A DNA stretch of 64,000 nt from the NCBI GenBank assembly GCA_049724395.1, contig JAUGWO010000020.1, positions 1-64,000 of the forward strand, written 5' to 3'. The notes below the pieces were generated by a model. It was not told where the DNA came from and made no database searches. It saw only the letters and a list, made by a program, of their open reading frames with translations. The position numbers and the translations under genes are program-made. Positions 38,246 to 50,984 of the stretch are shown here, one piece after another. Within the stretch, counting starts at the first letter, position 1. Every line of letters begins with the position of its first letter. The stretch is from Spongospora subterranea f. sp. subterranea (Eukaryota).

Positions 38246-38944
38246 TCATATATCTTTCCGTTGTGCCACGTAAAAATAGAAGTCCACGATCTCAGATGAA
38301 TCACCAACCATGGTCTGCACATTTCCTTGCTCCAAATATTCTATACAAAACCCGGCTTGTTCTAGGTATTCCCGCATCCTTTCATTGTTAATGCGCCCAA
38401 CTTTGATATGCGGTTTACTGCCATGTTTGCAAAGCAACGCGCGTTTTCGATCAAATGCGTCTCGCGTCCGCTGGCTATCCTCAAGTTCAAATATGCAGAG
38501 TCTACAGTTCTTTTTCGTCATGGCTTGCCGTAGATTGACGAGAATGGGTTCAAGAAGGTCGCCGACATGATGGAGAACGAATGAGCAGAGTATCATGTCA
38601 TATTCAGGATCAGCGACGATATCAGAAGCATCAGGAGAACACACAATCGGATGAATACGCGAACTGATCTGCGGTCGCAAATTCTCCAGTTTTCGATGAA
38701 CCTGTTCGATCATGGCGGTTGATGTATCTGCCGCAGCGACGTCGGCACCTGTCTCGGACGCCAGTTTGATGGAATTCATTCCTGTACCGCATCCGAAATC
38801 GAGAACTCGCAACTGGTTTTGGAACCACGGCAACGACTGTATCTTCCCCATTGTTGCAGTCGATAAATCGCCAGATATGGCCATGCTGTCATATTCGCCA
38901 GCAAGAGCATCGCCCCATGCTCCGGCGTCGTCGTTGCTGCCCAT
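38246..38944 (-). CDS. Class I SAM-dependent methyltransferase, intronless
   Basis: Motif I VLDFGCGTG, ADTSTAMI, YDMILCSFVLHHV. Confidence 0.9.
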   Translation of the reverse strand: MGSNDDAGAWGDALAGEYDSMAISGDLSTATMGKIQSLPWFQNQLRVLDFGCGTGMNSIKLASETGADVAAADTSTAMIEQVHRKLENLRPQISSRIHPIVCSPDASDIVADPEYDMILCSFVLHHVGDLLEPILVNLRQAMTKKNCRLCIFELEDSQRTRDAFDRKRALLCKHGSKPHIKVGRINNERMREYLEQAGFCIEYLEQGNVQTMVGDSSEIVDFYFYVAQRKDI

Positions 38945-39998
38945 TTTCGTTTTGAAATCGACCGATCATATGGTACAGAAATTGCGCGCCCGAATCAATA
39001 GCAGAATTAGCGTCTGAAGATCGTAAAGATTTAATCGTTCCACGTAATGAAATTCGTCCCATCAAACAATAGAGCCTGGATTTTAGGCGGGATAGCCAAT
39101 GTCACCAAAAGATCAAATAGCAATGGTGAAGACAAACAAAGGTCAAAATGTTCTGATTCTGAATCATTGTGACCAGTGGACAAATGTCGGTAGAGCATGG
39201 TGGCTCTAACCAGTTGATATTCCACTTACTTACACGAACTATGGGCGTCAACGCTGAACCCATCGTCAATCATTGACTTCCGCACAGAGTCAACGGAGGC
39301 GGTGATCATGGGCAAGGGAACCGCAATCTCTCTGGCATCGAGATGCGAGGAAGGCAGAACTGGTGCGCGTGGGTGCGGGTGATGGCCAACAATTTCGATC
39401 GCGCTCCATCGTCATAAGAGCATATTCAAAGACTCGATTGTTTGATCATAGAGGCACTTGCCCCGCTGTGGTAGTTCTCTTTCGATGTGCGAAATTTAAC
39501 TGAATTGCGAACCCAATTACCTGGGTTGAGTTTGTTATTCCGACTGATGAACATATTGTACCCCCGAACGCTACCGCAAGATGAGAAACCTTTAGGACGA
39601 CATTTGCAAAACCTAGAACTTTCAGTTCTGACGATAGCAAAAATACTTTTGTTTTAGAGACTATAGTGGCACATGTTTTGCAGGTACGAGTGTTGACTGC
39701 TTCGCACTAGCGCTCGAACAGATATTGAAAAAGTCCTCGACCGGATCGCATATTTACTGGGTCAAAGCCGTAAATCATAGTAAACCCATCGAATGTGCAG
39801 CCGTTCTCTGGCAAATGCAGCAGGAGTTGAAGACGGTGATGGAGGCGGAAAGGGTTGTGCCACCCTTTGCCGGACCCCTGGCGCATTCGGAGTCCGTGAT
39901 TGAACTGGACTCTCTGTATCGGACGGCCGGTGTCGGGTTTTGCAAGATAGCAAACTCCCGCAATTGCACCGATTCCGAGGCCCTGAGATCGTCGAGAA

Positions 39999-41966
39999 AT
40001 GGATATCCCAACTAAGGATGCGATCGAGAAAGAGATCTTGACCGTTCTTGAGTCGCAGAAGACGATCGTCAATTCAATCAAGTTCGCCGACGATCACGGC
40101 TATGATTATCAGGTTTGGAATCGCCATGTTGCCAAAACGACGTATACATTGGAGGTGCTGATTGAAAAATGTTTTAGGACTTGATCGGAGTGATATTGAG
40201 TCTGAGTGCCGCCTCCATGATCCAGTACAGTATGGCCCCCGTTGAATCCATCTCCTTGACGGAAGAAGGCTCCTCGTACGTCGATATCGGGTCGCCAGAG
40301 GCCCAGGTCTTCGCCGCTATACAACCGGAAGGGGTTCAGAAAGAGGCTCTTATGAACTCGTTAGGCCAAATCGGCCAAATTGGATTCGCCCAAGCGATGC
40401 GTTTGAAATGGGTTAAATTGGGTGGGCACTTTATCATGAGGTCCAGAACCGCTTTTCCTAATTCGGTTCACAAATTTTAGAAAATGGAGTTATAACGCGT
40501 CTGGTTTCATCCATCGTTGATTCGCTTCGCGACACTCTGCAGTTGATCAAAACGGGATCGTATTCTGGGCCGGATGCCGAGCTGAAGCTGCTGAAGAAGC
40601 GGAAACTGGTTCAGACCACGTATTGTTTTCATATTGGGTCGATGGCGAAAGTGCTGAGTATTTTGATATCAGGGCGGTCAAGAACTATACGATTGTCCAA
40701 GGCCCCGAATTTTCCCTCACCAGGAAAGTCATGGCTACCGACTTAACAAGCGAAATGCTTCATTCAGGATCCTGGCAAACCTCCTCCTTCAAGGAATATA
40801 ACTACACAGCCAAAGGCAGAGCGTCCAGTTATGGGACCTTGCATCCGTTGATGAAGGTCCGAGCCCAGTTCCGTCTCATCCTTCTCGAAATGGGGTATGC
40901 GCACGATTCCATCAGTTGTTGTTTTATTAATGGTGGCGCTAGTTTCGAGGAAATGCCCACCAACCAGTTTGTCGAAAGCTCGTTCTGGAATTTCGACACT
41001 TTATTCCAGCCCCAGCAGCACCCTGCTCGCGACGCCCATGATACGTTTTTTGTTACGAGTAATTGCATGTCAAATGCTCGCAATATTTCTACTCTTTTAA
41101 ACTTTGTTGCCAGAACCTGCTCGTACATTGTCTCTTCCAACAAATTACGTTGAAGTCGTCAGGAAAACTCACGAGACTGGTGGAGGTATTTCCCGAGTTT
41201 CGTCAAGAATTTCGATATCCATCAATGTTTTAGATACTGGATCATTGGGATGGCGCTATCCATGGTCGCTGGACGAGGCCCACAAAAACTTGTTGCGAAC
41301 TCACACAACTGCGGTATCATCTAAGATGCTCTATCAACTTGCACAAGTACTGATTTGTTGCATAATTTATCTCCGATTTCCGACGGACTCGATTGATATA
41401 GGGTCCATTTCAACCAAAACGTTATTTCTCGATCGACCGTGTATTCCGCAATGAAACGGTGGATGCAACGCATCTTGCTGAATTTCATCAGGTCAGACTG
41501 AGCAGTTTTCGGCTGTTGTCTCTGACGATTCTCCGCCAGGTTGAGGGACTTATTGCCGATTACAATTTGACTCTGGGAGATTTGATTGGAGTGATCTCGA
41601 CTTTCTTCAAGCGAATCGGGATAACTGATGTCAAGTTCAAACCTGCTTATAACCCCTATACCGAGCCTAGCATGGAAATATTCGGGTAAGTATCAACTGA
41701 ATGGGATTTCGTATTTTTTTGTTAATCCACGTCGTAGGTACTCTCCAGAACTTAATAAGTGGATGGAAGTCGGAAACTCTGGTGTGTTCCGACCAGAAAT
41801 GCTTGAGCCAATGGGTCTTCCGGCGGATGTTAAAGTTATCGCGTGGGGATTATCTTTAGAACGTCCTACCATGATCAAATATGATGTGTCTCACATTCGG
41901 GATCTGTTTGGCCATAAAGTCGATCTGCGAATGTGCAGAGAAAACCCTATAGCCCGTTTCGATTAA
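39999..41966 (+). CDS. FARSA: Cytosolic phenylalanyl-tRNA synthetase alpha subunit, about 10 exons
   Basis: [90 protein letters not shown]. Confidence 0.97.
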
Positions 41967-42057
41967 ATTGTTTACTGAATTAGTGTCTCCATTTCAACAT
42001 GACGTGTATGTCAGCATCATTGTAGTTTCAGTGTGCGAAATTGTATTTTTTAGTTAA

Positions 42058-45000
42058 TTACTTCGCTCGCCGGCATCGGTCTGACAAAAGACCGAACCAG
42101 TACTGCAGGATATAAATACAGCTGAATACGAATCGAAATAGATTAAATAAAGAGAACAAGATAAATGTCGCCGCTATCGACAACAAATGAGAGAGTGCTT
42201 GTCCAGTCAACATGCAAACTCACTGAAATATGTGGTAGTATGAAGAGTGAACGCTGACACCATTGCTATAAACCCAAGATTTGTCCCTACCCATGCGATT
42301 ACCTGTGGACGAATTAGTTCATAGTAAATTGTAGATAAACGAACCGAACACCGACCAGGTAAGAGCGGAAAGTTTTGAACCTGGTTTCCGCTTGTCTAAT
42401 CGCTTGCTGTCTCAACATTAGCTTTGTCTCTGCCATTTCCCTTTCCATCCGATTTGTCGCTTTTGCCACTCGCTCCTGTGTTTTATCCACTATAACAGTT
42501 TTCAGGACAGAGCAACATCACCATTGACTGCAACCTACATCCTTTCGTTCCCCAGCTGACATCGTCTGCAACAGATGGCGTTAAGTCAAAAAGCGGTGCA
42601 TCAAGGTATAGGGCTTACTGATGTTACAAAAAGAATAGATCGGAAATGCAATCTATCAAATCAGATGATGAAACCAGGGCTTTAACAGTACGGGCCACTG
42701 ACCATGAAAGTAGGAAGCATAAAGAAGTATTGCACAAATGAACCAAGGACAGGAAATAACTCGCCATGAAGAAGCGAAGAAATGATATAGACAAAAATGG
42801 TGCCAACTGCAGCGATCGTCGAATCTGTATCCCCTCTTCCGGAAACCTAGTTTGGGATATGCGTAAAATATAAAAACGCAAAGCTGATTTACCATACCAG
42901 ATAAGAGAAGGTGAGCACTAATGTTACGAAAAAGAATGTCCCATATCCGATGGAGCATACAAAATACACCTATATATATAGGTCAGGGATGCAGAATTAT
43001 CTCTTACAAGTCGGTCTGACATTCTCCATTTGCTCAGGTTTATTCCCAAGACCAAGAACAAGTTGTACAATTGTGAAAAACCTACGCGAGTTACAAACAC
43101 AACTGCTTCACCGTTTTCGCCCTTACCAAAATAAAGACCCTAAGACGGTAAAATAGCTGGACCCATTTGAGCTTGCAAACATGAACATGAGGTAGAAGTT
43201 CGCCATTAAAAACCAGGAGAGTACAGTCGACCCGGCGTAAAATGCGAATAAAAGCGAAATGGATAACTGTCAAGTCACAATGGATATGATGATTAGGCAT
43301 TTCTTAATGAAAACACCTTTCTAAACCAGTGATGGGACGACTCATGCAGAAATTTTCCCAAATTCGAAATCACCCCGACGGTCGCAAAGAGCGACCCATT
43401 CAGCCAACGACGCCTCTGCTTGATTAAAGACGTCAGTTTCTCAGGAACATCGGTAGAGGCTACAGCGTTGAATTAGATGGTGAAAGCGAAGTGAAGTAAT
43501 TACCTCTAGATCCCTTTACGTAGCGTAACGTCCACGCTCTGCCTTTCCTAGCCAATACCTGCAGATAAGCGTAAAAAGTTTTGGAAAAGATATCATATAA
43601 CAAGGGGACCTCGAAACACAGGATGCGATCTTCTGCAAGGTACAAGTTTCCTGCAGGAAAACCTCCATTGAACAACCTGACTTGCAATTCACGAGAGAGA
43701 ATATAGGTACCTTGGAACGGACCAAGGTCACTGACGTCCGTTTCTAATAGCTTGAAATATTTTGCTAATGGTGTACCTTCAATTGCTTCATAGCTGAAAA
43801 TCTTATTGTAACTACTAGCATACGGAGGAAACATGCCTACCGATAGGCACTGAAAGCTCCAGGCAAAACTGAGATAAACCCGAACACCGACTCCATTGAT
43901 TTATCCAGTACAGTAGATATAATATACTCGAAATGTTGGGCGGATACAAAAGGATTAGAATGCACACTGCCTATGGTATCTATTGACCCTATCAAAGAAT
44001 AAGCGCTAAAGATGATCGTCACCCGTGTGATTGTGGTTACCGCAACAACCTCCGATGTTAGGATCTTTTTCCATGACATCGTATCTAGCATCAAAGACTT
44101 AACACGAATGACATTAATAACCACCGAAGAGCATGTACAATTTCCACAAGGCGTCTGAATCAGGTTTTGTTCCCACATCAACCATGAAGGTATACTTTGG
44201 TTGAACCTATAATTCAATGATGACCATTGGGGAACTCAGGGCGGAGAGCGATATTTTTTGAAACCTGGGCTGTAATAGCATTGAAGAACCACCGATGCGA
44301 GTCCAGCTTTCCTCCGTTATTCTCTTTGAGGGCGAAAATTATTTGCAGCGGGCTGTGAGCGGTAGTTAAGCTGTCTGTTAATACTGCTGTCGTTTCGAAC
44401 ATATGCATCGTGATGTCGTTGGAAGCCTGAACGCAGTAAGCCGCTGCAGGTTCATGAAGTGACTTTCCGGATTTACTTCCAGGGCATTGTTCATCGATCT
44501 TTCATGAAAAGCGCCAATACTTTCAAGGAACCGCAAAGTATCGGCGTCACATTGCCGTCGCCCGTCTGACACCAAGACAACTTGTATGCCTCGCCATGCG
44601 TTCTTGCCTTTCTTTTGCACAAACATGTCGATATTACGACATATCCCTAACATGCCGGAATCAAACGCTACCTCATGCAGAGCGCTTCCCTACCTTTGAT
44701 GGTTCGTTCTAGATCTTTGGGGGTTTCATTATACATTGTAATTGCAATCAATGTTTCGATTTTCCTAAATACCATCGTAACTTTTTAAAACCCAGGGGAA
44801 ATCCGAAGTACCTATGCATAAGGGAGGTTGACAGTAGATAACACTGACTGAATTCTTCCGCCGTGCAAGTAACTGGAGTATACCTGAGGCATTACTTCAG
44901 ATGGTTGTTTTTGCAATACCAAAACAGGAGCGCGTTGCCCTGTTCTGGTTATGCACAATAACCTTGTCGAAAATTCGGAAGGCCGCTCCGGGTTGAACGG

Positions 45001-45111
45001 CCTGCCTTCAGCTTTTACATACTGAACATTTGCGCCATAATCGTCAATTGGTTTTTTATCCACGCCAATAGGGCGAGGCGCCTCGGTGATCTCAATACCA
45101 GAAACAGCCAT
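42058..45111 (-). CDS. CHS: Chitin synthase (GT2, division 1 type), many exons
   Basis: [51 protein letters not shown] (about 43404-43418), multi-TM C-terminus. Confidence 0.95.
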
Positions 45112-45502
45112 CACGAATTGGTATATGAACCAGCAAATGAAGATATTTATTGAAATTTGACAACTTCCCAGCCCACTCTGTAACATGATCATCGTCTATA
45201 ACGTAAACGACGGGTGAGAACATGAGGGACCCCATGAAAATGACTGCCAACCCAATTTCACGGCTGTGTAGCAATGTTGCTGCGGGAGCGTCAGCGAGGA
45301 GTTGCTCAGTCGACCAATGTCATGCGATAAGACCTCTTTCAATGTTTCTGGACACTATCGTTATCGACCAGACATCAAATCAAAAAAGGGGATCAGAGAA
45401 ATGTTGCTCCCCCGAGCTGCTGCGCAGGTCAGGTGTACGAACAAGCGTGGGCTGAATATACAGCCCTGCGGCAAATCTCAATATCGTTGATATTAACCTG
45501 CA

Positions 45503-48500
45503 ATGGATGTGTTGTGCCAGTTTTTCCCCAAAACGTCAGTGATGACGCTGTACGAATACCTTTCGCAACTTAGAGCGCTAGATTCGCCTGAGCTTCTGAC
45601 CGATAAAGATACTCAGAAGTCTAATAATCATCAACTTCTGTGCAAATGTGTTTCCAATTTTTTTTTAGATTCAGCGAGTTTCTTCGTAATACGCGAGTTG
45701 TTGCATGCAATGCCCCTGGAGGCCAGCCCCATCAAATTGAGCGCTTACCTGAATATAGTTTAGAGTATCATCAACGGCAAGTTCTTGAACAGGTCCAGCA
45801 GGTAGTATGTCACATGTTCCCCGGTTCGAAACCTGTTTGATTCGGTTATAGTCCCTTCTTGTGAAGAATCAAGTCCATAACGTACTCATCAAGGGTTTAA
45901 CAACATTTTCGCCTTTTGGCGTTTTTACCTCGTTTAACACCGTTAGAAATCACCTTCTCAATCACAGCTGGGGTTTACTACTAGAACGCGTTGGAGACGC
46001 TGCGGTTCGGCAACTTCTGCTAAGGTGCTGTGTCTTTGTCGATGTGAACAATGGATCTCTGCTGCAAGTGTCTGGCAAAGCCTTGTTTGACGCAAAGCCA
46101 GGCATGTTTATCACTGCTCAGTTTGAGCGATTTCCGTTTGGTTCTGACCTTTGAACTTCTACCAGAAATAGGGCCTTCATGCAATGCTTTTTTGCCGAAT
46201 CGGTCTCTAGAATGTTCAGCTATTCTATATGCAAAGCGTGAGGGAGACGCCATTGGTCGTTATCGACTTCAGAAATGGCATATTCTGAATTCGCAAAAGA
46301 TCGACCCGTTACATTTGCTTTGCAATATATTTTGCGTGTCTTCTTTACGCAAACGACAAAAGTTAAATCAGACAATGAAACGAATCTTACCTTTGCTTAA
46401 ATCGTTGATCTCTGTATGCACCAATCATGCAATCCAGGTTTTCCCATATTGATAGTTCTTTTAGAGACATCGTAAAACCAATTATAAATCGCTCTTGGAT
46501 AAAGCATGCCCTCTTTTGGAAGGTAATGATTAAGACGTGGATTCAAAGCTAGAATTTGCTTTTTAGAAACACTGTTCAGTGTCCAAGGTAGCTGGTCAAA
46601 GTGCCAGCGTTGCCCAGTCACATCTTTTACAGCAATTCACAAAACCTGATAATGTTTGTAAATTCCTAAGACAAGTACTGTTGCGGATCGTCCCGAACAA
46701 GTTCTGGGGAAGCAAGAGAAACTTTGAATGCATATGCCGCGCCATGCACCACTTTGTCAATTTGCGCAGGTGGTGTATCTGCAGTTCCTCCCATCGCTAG
46801 TTGAATGTACGAATAGGTTCGAAGTGATTGACATTCACAATATGGTTCAAGGGTATCAACTAAGTGATTGTTCATGGATTTCTAACAAGGGTGGTAAATC
46901 TGCTGCGATCGCAAACCAGTTTCGTGCACTCTCAGTCTTGTTTACTCTTATTGACAATGGTTTCTCCTACCAGGAAGCTAATTTTCCATTTGTTTCGTTG
47001 GCTCTTCATCGACTATTTTGTTCCAGTACTACGCTGCTTCTTTTACGCAACAGAGACTGAACCGTATCGTAACCGTATTCTATTCTACAGACTCGAAGTA
47101 TACTTTTATTTACATCAGTAACCTTATCTTAACGGGACGTAGGTCTGGTCTAGAATAGAGAAAATCGCAATGGACGCTCTTTGTGATTCGCAATTACGAC
47201 CTCTTCCTGTATGGCATAATTCTCCAAGAAGCATCTTGAATCTGATACAATTTTGTAGAGCACATCGAGAAGCCTCCTTGGGTTTTCACGACTGCGAATT
47301 CTTCCCAAATCTAACGGGATTCGACCGATAGTAAATTGCAGCTATAAACACGTTCACACAACTACTTGGGGCAAAAAATCTTCATCAGTCAATGGAGCAC
47401 TCAAAATACCCCTATCTACCCTGAACTTTGAATGCGTCTGTCCTACGCATTCTGTCTAGTTCACAATTTGAAAAGCTTCTGTATGTTTTAGCAGGCAGAC
47501 CCTTTAACTACAGGGTGCTCTAGTGTTGGATATGATTCAGTGCATATACGGCTCCTTCCTTTCATAGAAGGCCTCCGAAAGGTTATCAAATTTCTGAGTT
47601 ACATCTGCACTGGAATTCCTGATAGTTGAACTGTTAACTTGAGCTTTGAATCCTGTCAAAAGTTCTTGACATTCCTTTATCCTTTTTTCGTTTTTTCATC
47701 ATTGCACACTGTAGATTATCATATCCGGTGGCACTGTCCCGAAAGTTTATATGGTGGCTACTGACATAACTCGATGTTTCGATTCCATCCAAAGAGCTAA
47801 GTATGCGCAATTTCAGTTTCCTGCATAATCGTAAACTGATGATGGAGTTAGAGTAATGGATATTGTTCAGCGTGTCCTCAAAGAGGTAGGTATTTTGTTT
47901 CGATGGTAAGGTTTCTGCGAAATGAATTCATATTCAGAGTGATTACTTCGTCCATAAGTGGGTGACCATGTTAGCTACACATTCCAATGGTAGCTCAAAG
48001 ATGGTGAGAAAACAATTTCAGCGAGAAGCTCTTCCCGCCGAGCTTCTCCCTCAAATTGATCAGTTTGCTAAGAAGTTGTCCAAGAACAAGAACATTGTTT
48101 ATAACGAAATAGTTTGTTTCTGATATGGGGTGCCTTTTCACTGCGTTTATCAGGTTTCCAGGCATCGGTCGACATGTTCTCCCGGTCAGATATCATTGAA
48201 ATCATCAAAGATCATATTTACAACACAACCGTTGAAGTATGCGGGTGCTTTCACAGTAAAAATGATGAATGACAAGTTGCATAGTTCAATGGCCAGGTTT
48301 TCCAGCAAACTTGCGGCATTCCTCAGGGCTCTGTCTTGTCGTCTTTGCTTTGTTCATTATATTTGGCTGATTTGGAAAAGCAACAACTTCGTCCTCAAAT
48401 GGGGTTCGCTGATCAAGACTGGATGTGGTCCGATTCACGTAAGTTAAATTCGTATATTCAAAGCCAGGAATCGCTGATTGATTTATCAGTATCCAGCGGA

Positions 48501-49510
48501 ATCTTGTTACGGCATGTTGACGACTTTTTGTTGCTAACTACAAGTAAGAGCAGTGCTGAGGCATTTTTATTCAGTATGGAAAGAGGGTTCACGGAATACC
48601 AATGCGCCATCAACACTTCGAAAACACGCACAAATTTTCTACCAGATTTGAAAACAAATACTGTTAATGTCGGTCTCCGTCGTCAAATTTTTGGCAACTA
48701 ACTTACGAAGTACAGCATATTGTTCCCTGGTGCGGTTTACTTTTCGATTCACAGCGACTTGTTTCTCTGAGATCAGACTATTCCAAATTCGTATCAACAC
48801 CACATATATCGGATGCCCTATCTTTTCGCAGGACTACCGGTAAAAGCCCAAGGTCTCGCCGACTTTTTCTAATCCCAAATAGGAAAACAATGCGCAAAAT
48901 TTTTGGAATTGTTTCTGCGACATTTTGTTCAGGTTAAGACGCATCCTTTGCTGCTTGATCCGCGCATCAATCCGAAACATATTGTTGCGCTGAACGTGCA
49001 TCAGGTTTTCAGTTTTCCCTTCGGTGCACCGCCTATATTTTTATTCGACGTTACCACACAGATATTTCAATTTGCCGCGTTAAAGCTTTATTCGTGGCTA
49101 GCCCAACTTGGTAAAAGAGTCAATTTAACGTTCGCTGATACCGCCTTTCAAAATCTACTTGTGGTGTTCCACCAAATTCGAAAGCGACGTTGTAAGCAAT
49201 CTGTTTACTTTAACTGAACAGTTGCCGATATGTCTAGGTTCCAATTGCCCGTTCACCCTGTCTTTGAATGAAGTTAAGTGGCTTGCGTTGCGGGCGTTCA
49301 AACAAGTACTTCTTCGAAAGCAAACTCGTTTCAGGTAGGAGGAATCATTTTTTTTATCAGTTTGTCTTATTTATATCGACAAGGCCCGTTATCGAAAAGA
49401 TCAATAGTGCTCTTCGTCGGCCACATCTTCGAAGGCTTAACAATACTGCATTTTTGCGGTTTGCACTTCTACAAAAACATCACCGCCAGCTCAGAAATGT
49501 CATATACTAA
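45503..49510 (+). CDS. TERT: Telomerase reverse transcriptase, about 20 introns
   Basis: TEN (NVLIKG, WGLLLERVGD), QFP-region FWGS, T motif FFYATE..RNRILFYR, motifs 1-2 RLRILPKSNGIRPIVN, A ATDITRCFDSI, B' GIPQGSVLSSLLCSLY, C LLRHVDDFLL, D INTSKT, E WCGLL. Confidence 0.97.
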
Positions 49511-49907
49511 AATCATTGTTCGCAATTTCCAGTTTTGTTTTGTGCTCCAATGATCAATTGCAGGGACTTTTGCATCAACGATCGCATTTTTGCTTTTGGT
49601 TGTGATCTCAAAATTCATTAGATGGACACTGAGCTGTAAATATACACAGAAGGAAGACATTAAAACGCAACTGCTTTATTTACAGCTCGGAGCCATGGAT
49701 ATGCACGGTCGTCCTGCTAATAAATCGGGAAAGGAAGGAAACCTAAAGCGGTGGAAGAATCAGAACACGATTGACGGCCACGGCGTTTGTCAAAAACCCG
49801 TTGAAATGACCCGCATTGATGGGGAATTTTGAGTACTGTAAGTGATTGGTTATTGTCTCTACAGTACTGTAGGTTGGCCAAGCTATCTTGAGACATTCTC
49901 CTCGGCA

Positions 49908-50666
49908 ATGGCTATTCTTCTTCGTGATTGCGGCTCTTCCGACCCTGACCATTACAGTGCGGCTCTGAAAGATTTCGGGTTATCGTGTCTGTCTATACCG
50001 ATTCTACGTGTTATCCCGAAACCGATTACGCCTTCTCTCCCTGATCCCCTGCTTTACCAGGCCCTCGTTATCACTTCTGCCAATTCTATACGCCATCTTC
50101 CCCCAAATGCGTCCTTATGGTTAACGCATTTCAACCGGTTCTATACAGTTGGCCCCAGCACATCCCGCTCTTTGCTCGCTCGTCATCCATCGGCCAATGT
50201 CCTTTGCCCGCCATCATCATCGGGCGCTACATTAGCTGAATTCATCGCGAAAGATACCCAACATCCATCGCCCCGAGTTCTGTTCATATGCGGTGAACCA
50301 CACCGACCGGAACTCGCCGAAATCCTTTCCGCTAATAATATTCAAGTCGACAAACTGATTGTTTACGAGTCGGAAATACTGGACGGCGTTGGCGATAAAA
50401 TTCGTGAAGCATGCGGCAATCGGCAAGGAGTATGGCTATGTATATTCAGCCCAGCTGGCGCCAGAGCCGTGTTATCGCAATTGCGCTCCGATATCAATCA
50501 GTTCAGAATCGCTGTGATCGGCCAGACGACGGCGGCAGTATTCGATGATATCGTGCCCATTGTGGTCGCCACATCACCTACTCCGGAAGGATTCAAACAA
50601 GCCATCCAAACCGCGTTGATTTCTCCGGAAGGATTCGAACAAGCCATCGAAACCGCGTTAATATAA
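49908..50666 (+). CDS. UROS: Uroporphyrinogen-III synthase, intronless
   Basis: DHYSAAL, LVITSANS, YTVGPST, LFICGE, LIVYES, IFSPAG, AVIGQTTA, SPTPEG. Confidence 0.9.
   Translation: MAILLRDCGSSDPDHYSAALKDFGLSCLSIPILRVIPKPITPSLPDPLLYQALVITSANSIRHLPPNASLWLTHFNRFYTVGPSTSRSLLARHPSANVLCPPSSSGATLAEFIAKDTQHPSPRVLFICGEPHRPELAEILSANNIQVDKLIVYESEILDGVGDKIREACGNRQGVWLCIFSPAGARAVLSQLRSDINQFRIAVIGQTTAAVFDDIVPIVVATSPTPEGFKQAIQTALISPEGFEQAIETALI
50581..50663 (+). repeat. 42-bp in-frame tandem duplication at the UROS 3' end
   Basis: ctccggaaggattcaaacaagccatccaaaccgcgttgat followed by ctccggaaggattcgaacaagccatcgaaaccgcgttaat. Confidence 0.95.
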
Positions 50667-50984
50667 ATGTTGTTATGTATTGTTCCTCCACAATGAGCCG
50701 CTGCCGACTGGCGACGCCCTGCGATTGACCATCGACGTCCTGATTCTGATTTTCATTGCGATGCAATCGTCGTAACAATACAAAGCGAAATGAGCAAGGT
50801 GAATCCAACTGCCTATCAGAATAATTCGACAGAGTCAATAATTCCATTGCAAATAAACCAATCATGATTGAGATTCTGGCGTTAAAAATCAGCAATTTAG
50901 TATCGTGGAGTACCTGGACCACGAATTGACTATGCCAGGGACCCCTCTGATTGTCTTCATTGGCCCAGTGACCAAAAGCTTCGT

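Noticed and set aside
39031..39900. Possible multi-exon gene on the minus strand between the methyltransferase and FARSA
   Set aside because: Short open segments with plausible splice sites but no recognisable family, and no consistent model could be built.
45112..45502. Telomerase RNA gene next to TERT
   Set aside because: No CCCTAA-type template of about 1.5 repeats found on either strand in this spacer.
49830..49872. TACAGT/ACTGTA motifs resembling Tc1/mariner ends (also 6547, 7357, 30654, 34291)
   Set aside because: No pair shares an extended TIR beyond about 7 bp.
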